A stretch of 64,000 nucleotides of DNA from Eledone cirrhosa (taxonomy: Eukaryota). The position numbers and the translations under genes were made by a program. Numbering within the stretch: the stretch's first letter is position 1; every line of letters begins with the position of its first letter. Where the stretch lies: assembly GCA_964016885.1 (NCBI GenBank), contig OZ024759.1:17360001-17424000 (forward strand). Reading direction: 5' to 3'. The notes under the pieces were generated by a model. That model saw only the letters and a program-made list of their open reading frames with translations, made no database searches and was not told the origin of the DNA. Positions 1 to 15,355 of this stretch are shown here, piece by piece.

Positions 1-790
<790 letters not shown>

Positions 791-933
791 GGACTAAAAA
801 ATATACAAAAGTTAGAAACCAATAAAATATGTAGAATTTACAATGTAACTGAAAAAACAACAACAAAAAAATATATAAAAAATATAAAAACTACAGTATA
901 TAACAAAAAAAAACAACAAAAAGTCCACTTTAC

Positions 934-1126
934 CTGGTTGTGATCAGGGAACGGAATAATGGAGGCACACACCCCTAGTACCATAGCGGGGTGGATCTCA
1001 CAGTGAGTATATGTAGAGCAGTATGCCATTCCTTGGAGATCATCAGGAGTCATGGCTAACATTACAGTCTCTTCTTCGAGAGGATCAATATATTCCACAA
1101 CACCGCTGGCAACAAGATCCTGCCAA
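934..1126 (-). CDS. POLR2B: RPB2 exon 14 ([20 protein letters not shown]...[25 protein letters not shown])
   Basis: THCEIHP and IIPFPDHNQ motifs; ctag/gtaaag; 193 nt. Confidence 0.97.
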
Positions 1127-1539
1127 CTAGTAAGAGATAAAAAAAAACAATATTCATTTACTACCTATATTGAATCTTGAGGCAGCGTATTAACAGAGTT
1201 CAGAGAACGTCCGATAGAAAGCTCTGCAACATTCGTTTCAGCTCTCAGACATCAAATCCCGCTGAGGTCAACTTTGCCTTTCATCCATTCGAGGTTGATG
1301 AAAAAAATACCAGTGTAGCTCTGTAGTACTGGGGTTGATTCTTCCTCTATATCTCTTTCTCACTATCTCTATGCTTCTCCAGAAGAAATCTGGTGTATTC
1401 AGAACTGGAGAGGAGATAGATAGGTTCTGCTATGGTTTTAAAATGCCCTATTTCAATATGGCGGCCCTACGACTCCCTCGGGAGTTAGGGGAAAAGATGA
1501 AAGATGATGATGTTGTGTCTTGGGTAATTCCTGAAAGAA

Positions 1540-2070
1540 TACAATTGCCAATGCAAGTGACTAAAATGGAGTTCTTCTGAAGGGACTTCAGAGTAATGTT
1601 GGTCAATAGAGATCAGGGAGTCACTCCATGTACAGCTACTACTTCTCCGAATTGAGAGATCACAGCTCTGGTACTACGGGCATGAGGTTACAATGTCTCA
1701 GTTAAGATACACTACACATATTTTATGCGCAAAGCCAACCAGCAAGAGACCCAGGGGTAGACCACAAGCAAGTGGCTGAAATAGGGTTCCTCTGAAGGGT
1801 CTTTGGAATAAAGTTTCATGATAGGGGGCATAGTTAAGCGATCAGGGCATCACTCCAGGTAGAGATGCTACTTTGCATTGAGAGATCACAGCTCCAGTAC
1901 TATGGACATGTGATTAGAAGAATGTCTAAGGAAAGAATCACTAGACAGATTTTATGGGCAAAGCCAACCAGGAGACCCAGGGGTAGCCCTTGAGCAAGAT
2001 GGTTGGATGAAATCCATAAGCTCAGATTGGTGATTACTCAAGATCATTTGTAGATGGTTGCTTCTGATAG
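1540..2070 (+). mobile_element. Two tandem degenerate RTE-like 3' fragments
   Basis: GAGAGATCACAGCTC...GCAAAGCCAACCAG...AGACCCAGGGGTAG occurs twice and matches the 20.2-20.4 kb element. Confidence 0.6.
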
Positions 2071-2159
2071 AACCATAAGGTTTTATCAGAAGCATAGAAC
2101 CTTATGGAAGGCATAACTTAGGACTCTGCCTTCATGACACTTTAATAACACCAGCATCA

Positions 2160-2855
2160 GTAACAACAACAACTACAAAATGAATAGCAGCAGAAACAAA
2201 GAGAACCAGCAACAGCAATAACAACCTCCACACCACCACCACCAACAACAAAACTAGACCCACCACTAGCAAAACAACCATTAACAGCAGCAACAACACC
2301 ACCACCACCACAAACAACACTAGCAGCAGCAGCAACAACAACAAAACTAGACCCACCACTAGCAAAACAACCATTAACAGCAGCAACAACACCACCACCA
2401 CCACCACCACCAACAACAAAACTAGACCCACCACTAGCAAAACAACCATTAACAGCAGCAACAACACCACCACCACCAACAACAAAACTAGACCCACCAC
2501 TAGCAAAACAACCATTAACAGCAGCAACAACACCACCACCACCACCACCAACAAAACTAGACCCACCACTAGCAAAACAACCATTAACAGCAGCAACAAC
2601 ACCACCACCACCACCACAAACAACACTAGCAGCAGCAGCAGCAACAACAACAAAACTAGACCCACCACTAGCAAAACAACCTACAACAAAACAACATTAG
2701 CAGCACAACCATTAACAGCAGCAACAACAACAACACCACCACCACCACCACAAACAACACTAGCACCATCACTAGCAGCAGCAACAACAACAACAGCCGT
2801 AGCACCTATAACAACTACAACAACAACCACACCACTACCAGCACCAACACACATA
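2160..2855. repeat. CAA/CAC/CAG-rich minisatellite
   Basis: Recurrent AAAACTAGACCCACCACTAGCAAAACAACCATTAACAGCAGC unit. Confidence 0.9.
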
Positions 2856-2884
2856 ACATAATGAGACTGACAGAGCAGACCTAC

Positions 2885-3039
2885 CTGTAATTGTTGTACT
2901 CTCTTTGTTTCAACTGTTTAATGTGACTCTGTTTGAGCAGAAGTTTCTGGTTCTCGACAATCAGCAATGGCCGACAGATACGGCCGGCGTCGGTGTATAT
3001 CCGAATCTCTCGATCTCTGATATCTCGAATCATTGATAC
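2885..3039 (-). CDS. POLR2B: RPB2 exon 13 ([28 protein letters not shown]...EYNNY)
   Basis: TDAGR.CRPL motif; tcag/gtaggt; 155 nt. Confidence 0.96.
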
Positions 3040-3099
3040 CTGAGTTAGATGAACAGTGCTATGATAAGTTAAAGAATGTAGAGGGGTAGTACTGATGTG

Positions 3100-4265
3100 C
3101 TGGTGCCGTGATAAAATGCACCCATTACACACTGTAAAGTGGTAGTATTGGTGCCATGATACAATGGACCCAGTACACTCGGTAAAGTGGTAGTACTGGT
3201 GCCATGATACAATGCACCCGGTACACTCTGTAAAGTGGTAGTATTGGTGCCATGATACAATGGACCTGGTACACTCGGTAAAGTGGTAGTACTGGTGCCA
3301 TGATACAATGGACCCGGTACACTCGGTAAAGTGGTAGTACTGGTACCATGATACAATGGACCCGGTACACTCTGTAAAGTGGTAGTGTTGGTGCCATGAT
3401 ACAATGGACCTGGTACACTCGGTAAAGTGGTAGTGTTGGTGCCGTGATAAAATGCACCCATTACACACTGTAAAGTGGTAGTATTGGTGCCATGATACAA
3501 TGGACCCGGTACACTCTGTAAAGTGGTAGTATTGGTGCCATGATACAATGCACCCGGTACACTCTGTAAAGTGGTAGTATTGGTGCCATGATACAATGGA
3601 CCTGGTACACTCGGTAAAGTGGTAGTGTTGGTGCCGTGATAAAATGCACCCAGTACACTCTGTAAAGTGGTAGTGTTGGTGCCGTGATACAATGCACCCG
3701 GTACACTCTGTAAAGTGGTAGTGTTGGTGCCATGATACAATGGACCTGGTACACTCGGTAAAGTGGTAGTGTTGGTGCCGTGATACAATGCACCTGGTAC
3801 ACTCTGTAAAGTGGTAGTGTTGGTGCCGTGATACAATGCACCTGGTACACTCTGTAAAGTGGTAGTGTTGGTGCCGTGATACAATGCACCTGGTACACTC
3901 TGTAAAGTGGTAGTGTTGGTGCCATGATACAATGGACCTGGTACACTCGGTAAAGTGGTAGTGTTGGTGCCATGATAAAATGCACCCAGTACACTCTGTA
4001 AAGTGGTAGTATTGGTGCCATGATACAATGGACCTGGTACACTCGGTAAAGTGGTAGTGTTGGTGCCGTGATAAAATGCACCCAGTACACTCTGTAAAGT
4101 GGTAGTGTTGGTGCCGTGATAAAATGCACCCGGTACACTCTGTAAAGTGGTAGTGCTGGTGCCGTGATAAAATGCACCCAGTACACTCTGTAAAGTGGCA
4201 GTGCTTATGCCATGATAAAATGCACCTAATACACACTATAAACTGGTGGTGTTGCTCCCACAATA
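3100..4265. repeat. 45 bp tandem minisatellite (~25 units)
   Basis: Unit GTAAAGTGGTAGTGTTGGTGCCATGATACAATGCACCTGGTACACTCT-like; 15-aa periodic ORFs. Confidence 0.95.
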
Positions 4266-4648
4266 AAATATACACCTAGTAAACTATATAAAGTGTTTGG
4301 TATGAGGAAGGGCACCTAGTCATAGACATCATACCAAAAGGATAGATAGAACTTTTCAGTTTCCTCAAGGATACAACAACCTTTCTAGCACAGGTGCCAG
4401 GATGAAATGCACCCAGTACACTCTGTAAAGTGGTTGGTGATAGGAAGGATATCCAACTGTAAAAAATATACCAAAATACCAAAATATACCAAAATCTGAG
4501 TTGACGTGATCCACCAACCAGTCAAGGAGCACAGTAGCTTGGTCAGTACTTATTACAAGTCAATAAGTATTGACTTGGTCTGTAACGACCTATCCATCTA
4601 ATGCCAGTATGGAAAAGAGGACGTATGATGATGATGTAGAAAACTTAC

Positions 4649-4760
4649 TTCAGATACAATAATATCCATTTCTCTTCTTAATTTTCTTAAAGTGTTCATC
4701 AACTGTTCAGGATCTCGATGGATTCCAACCCAGCAACCATTGACAAAGATTTTTGTTGCA
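4649..4760 (-). CDS. POLR2B: RPB2 exon 12 ([37 protein letters not shown])
   Basis: KIFVNG.W.G motif; gtag/gtaagt; 112 nt. Confidence 0.96.
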
Positions 4761-5276
4761 CTACAAACAAATATATGATAGGTGGACATTTAGAGAAAAT
4801 GTAGTGAAACATCAGAATCTATCTAAAATAATAGGAGATCAATTAGTAGAGTGGTTGGCATTAGAAGACTCTTCAGTTGTGTCAATGACATGACAACTCT
4901 CTAGTGCTAGAGACACAATAAAGCATATCCAGTACATTTTGTGAAGTGTTTGGCATTAGGAAGGGCATCCAGCTGTAGAAACCCTGCAAAACAAAGTGGG
5001 CTTAGAGGACTCTTCAGTTCCATCAAGGACATGAAAGCCTCTCTAGAGCTAGTGACACAATAAAACGTATCCAGTTGTGTAGGCCCTGTCATGGGATTTG
5101 CAGCTAGAAAGTTCCTCTCCAAGTAAACTGGAGCAACATGAAATATAGTGTCTTGCTCAAAGACACAACGCACTGCCAAGTCCAGAAACTGAACCCACAA
5201 CCTCACGATTGTGAGCCTTTACACAATATATTAACTACAGAAACAACTATTTTTTTTAAATAAAAAAATGATATAT

Positions 5277-5757
<481 letters not shown>

Positions 5758-5760
5758 CTA

Positions 5761-6078
<318 letters not shown>

Positions 6079-6119
6079 TTAAAAAAAAACCTCTACAAAA
6101 TCATCATCATCATCCATTT

Positions 6120-6405
6120 TTTTTTTTCACGTTCAGAGTTGCTGAAGCATGGAACAAACTATTTGCATCGGTTAGCTGTCGGGACACTGTATCCTTCAAA
6201 ACCTCCATGTTTCCCGAAATTCCCCAACACTACACCTGATATTCCACCTCCATACACATACATGCATGTATCTGTGTTTATATCATGACTCATACATTGT
6301 TCACTTTCCTGACATTTGTACATTATTCTATGTACTATACATGCACCTTTGATGAGTTGTAGTGCACCTGAGCATTGTACACAATAATTTCATTACTATT
6401 ATCTT
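6120..6405 (+). mobile_element. CR1/L2-like LINE 3' end
   Basis: FFTFRVAEAWNKL..SFK motif; same 3'UTR (GTAGTGCACCTGAGCA..GTACACAATAA) at 30605-30730 (-) and 43185-43350 (+). Confidence 0.6.
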
Positions 6406-6424
6406 CACTGTGTTGGACGAGATG

Positions 6425-7905
6425 CCTTCATCACAAACCACTACCCCCCCACTACTACCTTCATCACAAACTACTACCCCCCCCACTACTACCTTCATCA
6501 CAAACCACTACCCCCCCACTACTACCTTCATCACAAACCACTACCCCCCCCACTACTACCTTCATCACAAACCACTGCCCCCCCCCACTACTACCTTCAT
6601 CACAAACCACTACTACCTTCATCACAAACCACTACCCCCCCCACCACTACCTTCATCACAAACCACTACCCCCCCCCCCCACTACTACCTTCATCTTCAT
6701 CACAAACTCCCATCACATCCCCCACCCACTATTACCATCATCGCAGACCACCACCACCATAACCAACTACTACCACTACCAACTACCGCTACCACCACCA
6801 CCAACTACTACCGCTACCACCACCATAACCAACTACTATCACTACTACCACCACCAACTACTACCGCTACCACCACCATAACCAACTACTACTACCGCTA
6901 CCACCACCATAACCAACTACTACCACTACCAACTACTACTACCGCTACCACCACCATAACCAACTACTACCACCACCAACTACTACCGCTACCACCACCA
7001 TAACCAACTACTATCACTACTACCACCACCAACTACTACTACCGCTACCACCACCATAACCAACTACTACTACCGCTACCACCACCACCACCAACTACTA
7101 CCACTACCACCACTACCACCACCATAACCAACTACTACCACCACCAACTACTACCGCTACCACCACCATAACCAACTACTACCACCACCAACTACTACCG
7201 CTACCACCACCATAACCAACTACTACCACTACCAACTACTACTACCGCTACCACCACCATAACCAACTACTATCACTACTACCACCACCAACTACTACTA
7301 CCGCTACCACCACCATAACCAACTACTACCACTACCAACTACTACTACCGCTACCACCACCATAACCAACTACTACCACCACCAACTACTACCACTACCA
7401 CCACCATAACCAACTACTATCACTACTACCACCACCAACTACTACTACCGCTACCACCACCATAACCAACTACTACTACCGCTACCACCACCACCACCAA
7501 CTACTACCACTACCACCACTACCACCACCATAACCAACTACTATCACTACTACCACCACCAACTACCGCTACCACCACCATAACCAACTACTACCACTAC
7601 CACCACCATAACCAACTACTACCACTACCGCTACCACCACCATAACCAACTACTATCACTACTACCACCACCAACTACTACTACCGCTACCACCACCATA
7701 ACCAACTACTACCACTACCAACTACCGCTACCACCACCATAACCAACTACTACTACCACTACCACCACCATAACCAACTACTATCACTACTACCACCACC
7801 AACTACCGCTACCACCACCATAACCAACTACTACCACTACCGCTACCACCACCATAACCAACTACTATCACTACTACCACCACCACCACCACCACCACCA
7901 CCACA
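6425..7905. repeat. (ACC/ACT)n complex satellite
   Basis: Repeated ACCGCTACCACCACCATAACCAACTACT units. Confidence 0.92.
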
Positions 7906-7939
7906 ACACTGACAGAAGTGACCACATGGGTTAGTATAC

Positions 7940-8126
7940 CTGAGAGACTCCAGCCCTTGCTTGATGGGCTTTCTTCTGGTCTCCCCAGTTGCCAGTGGCC
8001 AAAGAATACTTCAGGCCGTCTGTGATAATCCTCGTCTTTATGGCCAGTTCCAGATTGAAATCTTTCCCCCGATCAATAAACTTTTGGGCATAAATCCGAA
8101 CTTCTTTCATCAGATTCCGGAACAAA
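7940..8126 (-). CDS. POLR2B: RPB2 exon 9 ([10 protein letters not shown]...[12 protein letters not shown]...RAGVSQ)
   Basis: [11 protein letters not shown] motif; ctag/gtatac; 187 nt. Confidence 0.96.
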
Positions 8127-8171
8127 CTAGAATAGGACATATTGAAAATGTCAGGTGAATATAAACATGTA

Positions 8172-9245
8172 TTATACATACATACATACATACATACATA
8201 TACAGACAGATGCATAGATAGATAGACAGAGAGAGAGATAGATACATGGATTGATACATAGATAGATAGATATATAGATACATGGATTGATAGATACATA
8301 CATACATGGATTGATAGATACATAGATTGATAGACAAATACATAACATGGATTGATAGACAGACAAATACATAACATGGATTGATAGACAGACAAATACA
8401 TAACATGGATTGATAGATACATACATACATACATGGATTGATAGATAGATACATACATTACATGGATTGATAGATAGATACATATATACATAAACATACA
8501 TAAAGATAGACAGACATAAACATACATAACATACATAAAGATAGACATACATAACATACATAAAGATAGACAGACATAAACATACATAACATACATAAAG
8601 ATAGACATACATAACATACATAAAGATAGACATACATAACATACATAAAGATAGACAGACATAAACATACATAACATACATAAAGATAGACATACATAAC
8701 ATACATAAAGATAGACATACATAACATACATAAAGATAGACATACATAACATACATAAAGATAGACATACATAACATACATAAAGATAGACAGACATAAA
8801 CATACATAACATACATAAAGATAGACATACATAACATACATAAAGATAGACAGACATAAACATACATAACATACATAAAGATAGACATACATAACATACA
8901 TAAAGATAGACATACATAACATACATAAAGATAGACATACATAACATACATAAAGATAGACATACATAACATACATAAAGATAGACAGACATAAACATAC
9001 ATAACATACATAAAGATAGACATACATAACATACATAACATACATAAAGATAGACATACATAACATACATAAAGATAGACATACATAACATACATAAAGA
9101 TAGACAGACAGATATAATAAAACATACATAAAGAGAGACAGATAGATACAGAAAGATACATAGATTCATACATATATAGATAGATTTCTTTATTTGCCAC
9201 ATATATAGATAGATAGATAGATATATTGATATATAAACAGATACA
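8172..9245. repeat. (ACAT/AGAT)-based complex satellite
   Basis: Repeated CATACATAACATACATAAAGATAGA units. Confidence 0.92.
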
Positions 9246-9481
9246 TAGAAAGATAGATAAATAGTTAGGTAGACAGTTATGTAGATAAAGTACCAGGCAA
9301 ATACTGGTGTTTATATAATCAACTTTCTCTAAATTGCTGGCCTTGTGCCTAGATTAAAAACCATCGTTTACAGATAAAAAAAAATAAAGAACATAAAAAG
9401 AGGTAGGCCGAGAATATTACCAGGAAAGGGAGGATGGGTAAGAGGATGAGGGGGATGAGGAGGCGGTTTAGTCATACTTAC

Positions 9482-9601
9482 CCTCTGAACAAGAAGGCTA
9501 ACAGTGGTCCTGCCAAATCCAGTCTTTTGTTACCATAGTGATCTCTGTCGTCCACTTCTTTGCGGCCACAGGCAGCCAAAAGAAGCCTATGTACCATGTA
9601 T
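9482..9601 (-). CDS. POLR2B: RPB2 exon 8 ([40 protein letters not shown])
   Basis: [18 protein letters not shown] motif; tcag/gtaagt; 120 nt. Confidence 0.97.
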
Positions 9602-10002
9602 CTGAAAAATATGATAATGTATATGTATATATATATATGGAGGCACATATATATATATATATATAGATGGAGGCACATGGCTTAGTGGTTAGAGCATTGG
9701 CCTTGCAATCGAAAGGTTGTGAGTTCAATTCTCAGACCGCAAGCAGGGAAAAAGTGGACGTAAAATGAAATGAAGAAGAAATAGTGAACATGCTTAACCC
9801 TTTAGCTCTTAAACCGGCTATATCCATCCAGAATTCTTTCTGTTCAAACCAGCTGCCCATACTTATGTTAAGGTATTGTTCTCAAAATAAATAACATGAA
9901 AATCTCGTAGATTTGATATTATATGAGATAAAGTGTTTACTATGAAAATATAATAGTAAATATAGAGTAATTTAAATGTTAAAGGGTTAAAGATGTTACT
10001 CA

Positions 10003-10512
<510 letters not shown>

Positions 10513-11327
10513 AAAGCAGCTGTTTGATCATCATCATCACTGTTTAACGCCTATCTTCTATGCTTGCACAGGTTAGAATGGCTGTCACATTATGAGGCTA
10601 GACTGGTCAAATGACAGTGTCTCACTCGTATGACTCATTCAATCTTGTTGATGCCTTACAGTGTTTATTTTAGCTCTTTGTGTTCTGAGTTTAAATCCTG
10701 ATATGGATTCAGTTAATTAAAGAATTTTGTGGGATTGACTAAAATGATTAATTACTAGAATTTTTTTCCATACGCTGATGCGTATGTGTGTGTGTGTCCC
10801 CGTGCATATGCATTCATTTATATGTATGAGTATATAAATATAAACGTGCAAACACAGACACTTACAAAAATACACACTCAGACATACATTCACACAAACA
10901 CATACACACACAGCATAACAAATGGAATGCCATCTGCTATTTTCCTTTTACACACACATACATTCACGCAAACACTCACAAACATACATTCACACACAGC
11001 ATTATTTCACCATCCCCTTCCTTCCTTTTACACATACATTCATGCAGGCAGTAGATATGAAGAGAGAGGAGTAGTATGAGGTAGTCAAACTACTCCTCTC
11101 TCTTTACGGGTTGTGACAGAATCGCAGAAATTTATATATAGATTTCATTACTAAGATAGTATTTGTGACAAACAGTTCTTATATTCAATTATGTTGGAAG
11201 ATGTTAATTTAAATAGCGAGATTTGAACTCAGAATACAAAAACCCAGATTTACAAACTAAATAAATACTGCAAAATATTTTGACTGACTCTCTACCAAAT
11301 CTCTACCAATAAAAAAAAATAGCTTAC

Positions 11328-11492
11328 CATTTCCATCATTTCTGGGTCATCAAAATCATAAATGATGTGTTCAAGGATGTCTCGATCAGACACAAAACCA
11401 AGAGCTCTGAATACAATAATGATGGGAATCTCCTGACGAATATATGGCAAGATGGCAATAATCTTCTGTCCAATGGCACTTTTTTTCACACC
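11328..11492 (-). CDS. POLR2B: RPB2 exon 6 ([32 protein letters not shown]...DPEMMEM)
   Basis: RPB2 homology; ttgtag/gtaagc; 165 nt. Confidence 0.96.
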
Positions 11493-12034
11493 CTACAAAA
11501 CAGATAGAAAATAATTTTTTTTTTATTGTTGTTTGGTCAAAGAGGGCAGTGACCTCTACCCTTTATGATAAGGTGTATAACAGTTATGGGTGTATATAAC
11601 ATTATCATTATATACATATGTATGTGTGTGTGTGTGTATGTATGAGTATATATCATCATCATCGTTTTACGTCCATTCTCCCATGCTAGCATGGGTTAGA
11701 CGGGTTGTCCTGTTGTGGGCAGTGTCTGGTTGGCTGACCTTGTCTTGCTCATATGGGAACTGATTCTGGCTTGATTTCTACAGCTGGATGCCATTCCTAA
11801 CACCAACCTCATTTACAGTGAGTGCTGGGTGCTTTTTTGCCGTGGCACCTCCACGACCACTTTGCAGTGGAATGATAGGGACCTCAGTCCTATCATCTCA
11901 TTTCTACAGCTGAGTAAACTGGAGCAATGTGAAATAAAGTGTCTTGCTCAAGGAAACAACACATCACCCGGTCCGAGAATTGAACTCAACCTTTCGATTG
12001 CCAGCCCAATGTTCTAATCACTAAGCCATGCGCC

Positions 12035-12069
<35 letters not shown>

Positions 12070-12247
12070 TAATAATAAATTTGAAGACTAAAATCCAAAG
12101 AGGGCTCGATAAGGATAAATATATATCAAATATCTAAGAACCGTAGAGCAAATATTTATTAAAATAACAGATTAAAGTTTAAGCAAAGAATCGCTGCTTT
12201 CACCCTTAACGGGACAAGATAGGAAAACAACAAAGAATTTCACTTAC

Positions 12248-12369
12248 AGTTCCTCCTCTTGCCATCATGTTCACCCAAAGTGTACTGGTAGGACGGGATG
12301 AATGTTCTAGGCAAGACCGGATTTCTGTTTTATAAGCATACTTTGAGTCTTTCTGTTGGAATACGTACA
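12248..12369 (-). CDS. POLR2B: RPB2 exon 5 ([41 protein letters not shown])
   Basis: Manual translation; tttcag/gtaagt; 122 nt, phase consistent. Confidence 0.95.
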
Positions 12370-12589
12370 CTGAAATAAAGAAACAAAATGGTAGATATGA
12401 AAAAATAGGGAGTCAAAATAGTAATATGAAGAAAGAAATTGATTTCATCCGTGTATACATATATATATATACATGCTTAAAATTTACTTTTCCATTTTTT
12501 TTACCATCCTAAAATAAGATTTAACCTACATAATAACACAGTAATAGTGAAGGATGGTGGAATACAAACATAGAATTAAAAAGCCTTAC

Positions 12590-12846
12590 CAGTGTTTGTA
12601 GCCATTTTTTCTTGTGCAATGAGAACTTTTTCTGATCCATTAATGATAAAATATCCACCAGGATCAAGGGGACATTCATTCAACTCTGTTAAATCACGAT
12701 CGGTGAGACGATTGAGAAGGCAATAAGTTGAACGCAACATAATCGGGATTTTACCGATGAAGGTCTTCTGATGTTGTGTTTCAACTGGTTCTTCAGCTTC
12801 TTTAATCACAGTTTTCGTGATATCAACATAAAGAGGAGCCGAGTAG
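12590..12846 (-). CDS. POLR2B: RPB2 exon 4 (YSAPLYVD...GKIPIMLRS...[29 protein letters not shown])
   Basis: Conserved RPB2 motifs; ag/gtaagg; 257 nt. Confidence 0.97.
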
Positions 12847-13122
12847 CTAAAGGAAACAAGAACAACAACATTATTGATAAATAATATGGACAGATAAAGA
12901 GGTTGGAGAGAGGAAGGACATCCCACTGTAGAAAACCTACCAAACAAAGAGTTAAGAGGAATCTTCAGCTGTGTCAAAGACATGACAACTTCTCTAGTGT
13001 TGGTGATTTACATCAGTGGTTCCCAACCTTTTTTTAGCTCATGGCCCACTTTGAACCCAGAATTTTTGTGGCACACAAAATTATTATAGTGTAAAAAATT
13101 ACTTCCATTTTACATTTACTTA

Positions 13123-13314
<192 letters not shown>

Positions 13315-14107
13315 TCAGGTTTAGCATTTACATTACTCTATATTTACTATTGTATTTTCACAGTAAAGGCTTTTACCTCACATAATATTAAATTTATGAT
13401 TTTGATATTTATTTTGAGAATAATACCTTAACGTTGGTATGAGTGGCCGGTTACAGCTGGTTTGAACAGAAAGAGGTGAGAAAATTCTGGCTAGTTACAG
13501 CCTGTTTAAAAGCTAAAGGGTTAAAGTGTAACGTGAAGTTGAAGAATTATAAAGCACTAATTGTTTTTTCTACCAGCAAAAGTTGGATGGCTCATCATCA
13601 CAAACGAAGTCAGTGCTCAAGCGGAACTACTGACCTCTCAGATGGGCTGGAAGGCCTGCATCTCGCTTACATATGTTCTAGCACGATACCAAGTGCATTT
13701 TATCATGGCACTTGCACTAGGGGCATTGTCATGTGTTTGACATTGCTGAAGAGTCCTCTTAACCCTTCTTTTTTTGCAGGTTTTATATGACTGCATGCCC
13801 TTCCTCTAACCAACCACTTTACTGGATGCATTCTATTATGAAGAATTTTTGAGGGATTTATCAAAATTATTAATCATTTCATGACTAAGTAACTTAACAA
13901 ATGGTTCTTATATAAAATGATGTCGATAGAATTAAATTCAACTATGAACTATTTGAAATGGGTGGCTTGATTTCATAAAAACAGGTTAAAGAAATTTTGA
14001 AGGATTTACTAAAATTACGTTGAAAGATTTTCATTTAAAAAGGAACTGCGTTTCATACAAGCAAAGTATGTTTGGCTGGGGTGAGTATAAAAGAATTTAA
14101 TACTTAC

Positions 14108-14334
14108 AGGTGTCTCAACAATGCCTGATGTATGTTGTGCCTCAGCCTGCAAATCAATGGCAGGAGAATGCTCAACAATTCTCTGCACGGACATTTGAAT
14201 GAATTCATCAAAGGAATCCAACTGTTGTCTCACCAAACCCTTTTCATCAAAATATGAACTGATGACAATCCAACAGGCTTCTTGCCAGAGATCTGGGGTA
14301 ATTTCTTCTCCATCTTCTTCTTCCAGTACGGGAT
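14108..14334 (-). CDS. POLR2B: RPB2 exon 2 ([45 protein letters not shown]...VETP)
   Basis: Hallmark RPB2 motif [13 protein letters not shown]; ag/gtaagt boundaries; 227 nt. Confidence 0.96.
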
Positions 14335-14703
14335 CTATAATAAAAATCACATGTAAAACAAACAATTCACATCACAAAATTAAATGAGATTGAAATGGAG
14401 GGAAGCGAATGGAGAGAGAAGAAATCCTCACATTTGATGACCCTATTGCTGTTTCAGTTGGCAACATAACAGAGTCGTCAGATAGATTGGTCTGTGGTAT
14501 TTGCTCTAACTCTGCCCTCTGAGTTCAAATCCTACTAAAGTCAACAAATAACGTAGCAATCTAATAGTGAGGTGAAGTTTTCCTCTGTTTGTCTGTCTGT
14601 ATATATATATATATTTATATATATGTTAGGTAATTCCGAAAGAAAAGCAAAGGAAAAAAGAGTGCTCTATGTATAGAACGAATCTCATTTCATATCTTTT
14701 ATC

Positions 14704-14784
14704 TATAACATCTCTGACGACCGAATCCAGACGTATATTATTATCGTCTATGATCCAGAAACATTTGGTAATGGAGTAGTTATA
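14704..14784 (+). ncRNA. Degenerate hammerhead ribozyme, family A
   Basis: CTGACGA...AGACG/CGTCT...GAAACATTTGGTAATGGAG; upstream flank GAGTGCTCTATGTAT shared with the 51.9 kb copy. Confidence 0.5.
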
Positions 14785-14837
14785 TTTTGTGTTGTTCAAT
14801 TTCTAATTACGTATATATATATATATATATATATATA

Positions 14838-15355
14838 TCATCATCGTTTTACGTCTGTTCTTCCATGCTAGCATGGGTTAGACGGGTTGTCCTGTCGTGA
14901 GCAGTGTCCAGTCGGCTGACCATGTCTTGCTCATACAGGAACTGATTCTGGCTTGATTTCTACAGCTGGATGCCCTTCCTAACACCAACCTCATTTACAG
15001 TGAGCGCTGGGTGCTTTTTTCTGTGGCGCCTACACGTCCACTTTACAGTGTGGGCTGGGTGCTTTTTTGCCGTGGCACCGCCACAACCACTTTGCAGTAG
15101 GAGAGTCAGGGGTTCGGGTCTTCTGTATTACTGCAGAGGTCACGGTCATGTGTCATTGCTCTTGAGAGGTGCAATTGGGTAAGGTCGGCCTTTATCACCT
15201 CATCCCAGGTCTTCTTGGGTCTCCTCACTCCGTGGCTTCCATCAACTTCTAGTGCTCTGCACCTTTTTATGCAGCTGTCATCCTTTATACGCATCACATG
15301 TCCATACCAACGTAACCTCCTCTCCTGCACACAGCATTTGATTCCTCTGATGCTC
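14838..15355 (-). mobile_element. RTE LINE 3' fragment
   Basis: [13 protein letters not shown]...RPKKTWDEVIKADL; (GAT)n tail. Confidence 0.8.

Noticed and set aside
2059-2092. Small hairpin GCTTCTGATAGAACC-ATAA-GGTTTTATCAGAAGC
   Set aside because: Isolated, at the end of a decayed RTE fragment; no further support
2132-2674. 180 aa Leu/Val hydrophobic ORF resembling a membrane protein
   Set aside because: Reverse translation of the CAA/CAC/CAG minisatellite inside a POLR2B intron
3100-4265. CRISPR-like regular arrays (also 24355-24912 and 40009-40799)
   Set aside because: Units are contiguous with no unique spacers and no cas genes; eukaryotic intronic minisatellites
9669-9740. tRNA-like sequences with A/B boxes (here and at many SINE heads)
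   Set aside because: No complete cloverleaf; they continue into SINE bodies elsewhere, so they are SINE heads, not tRNA genes
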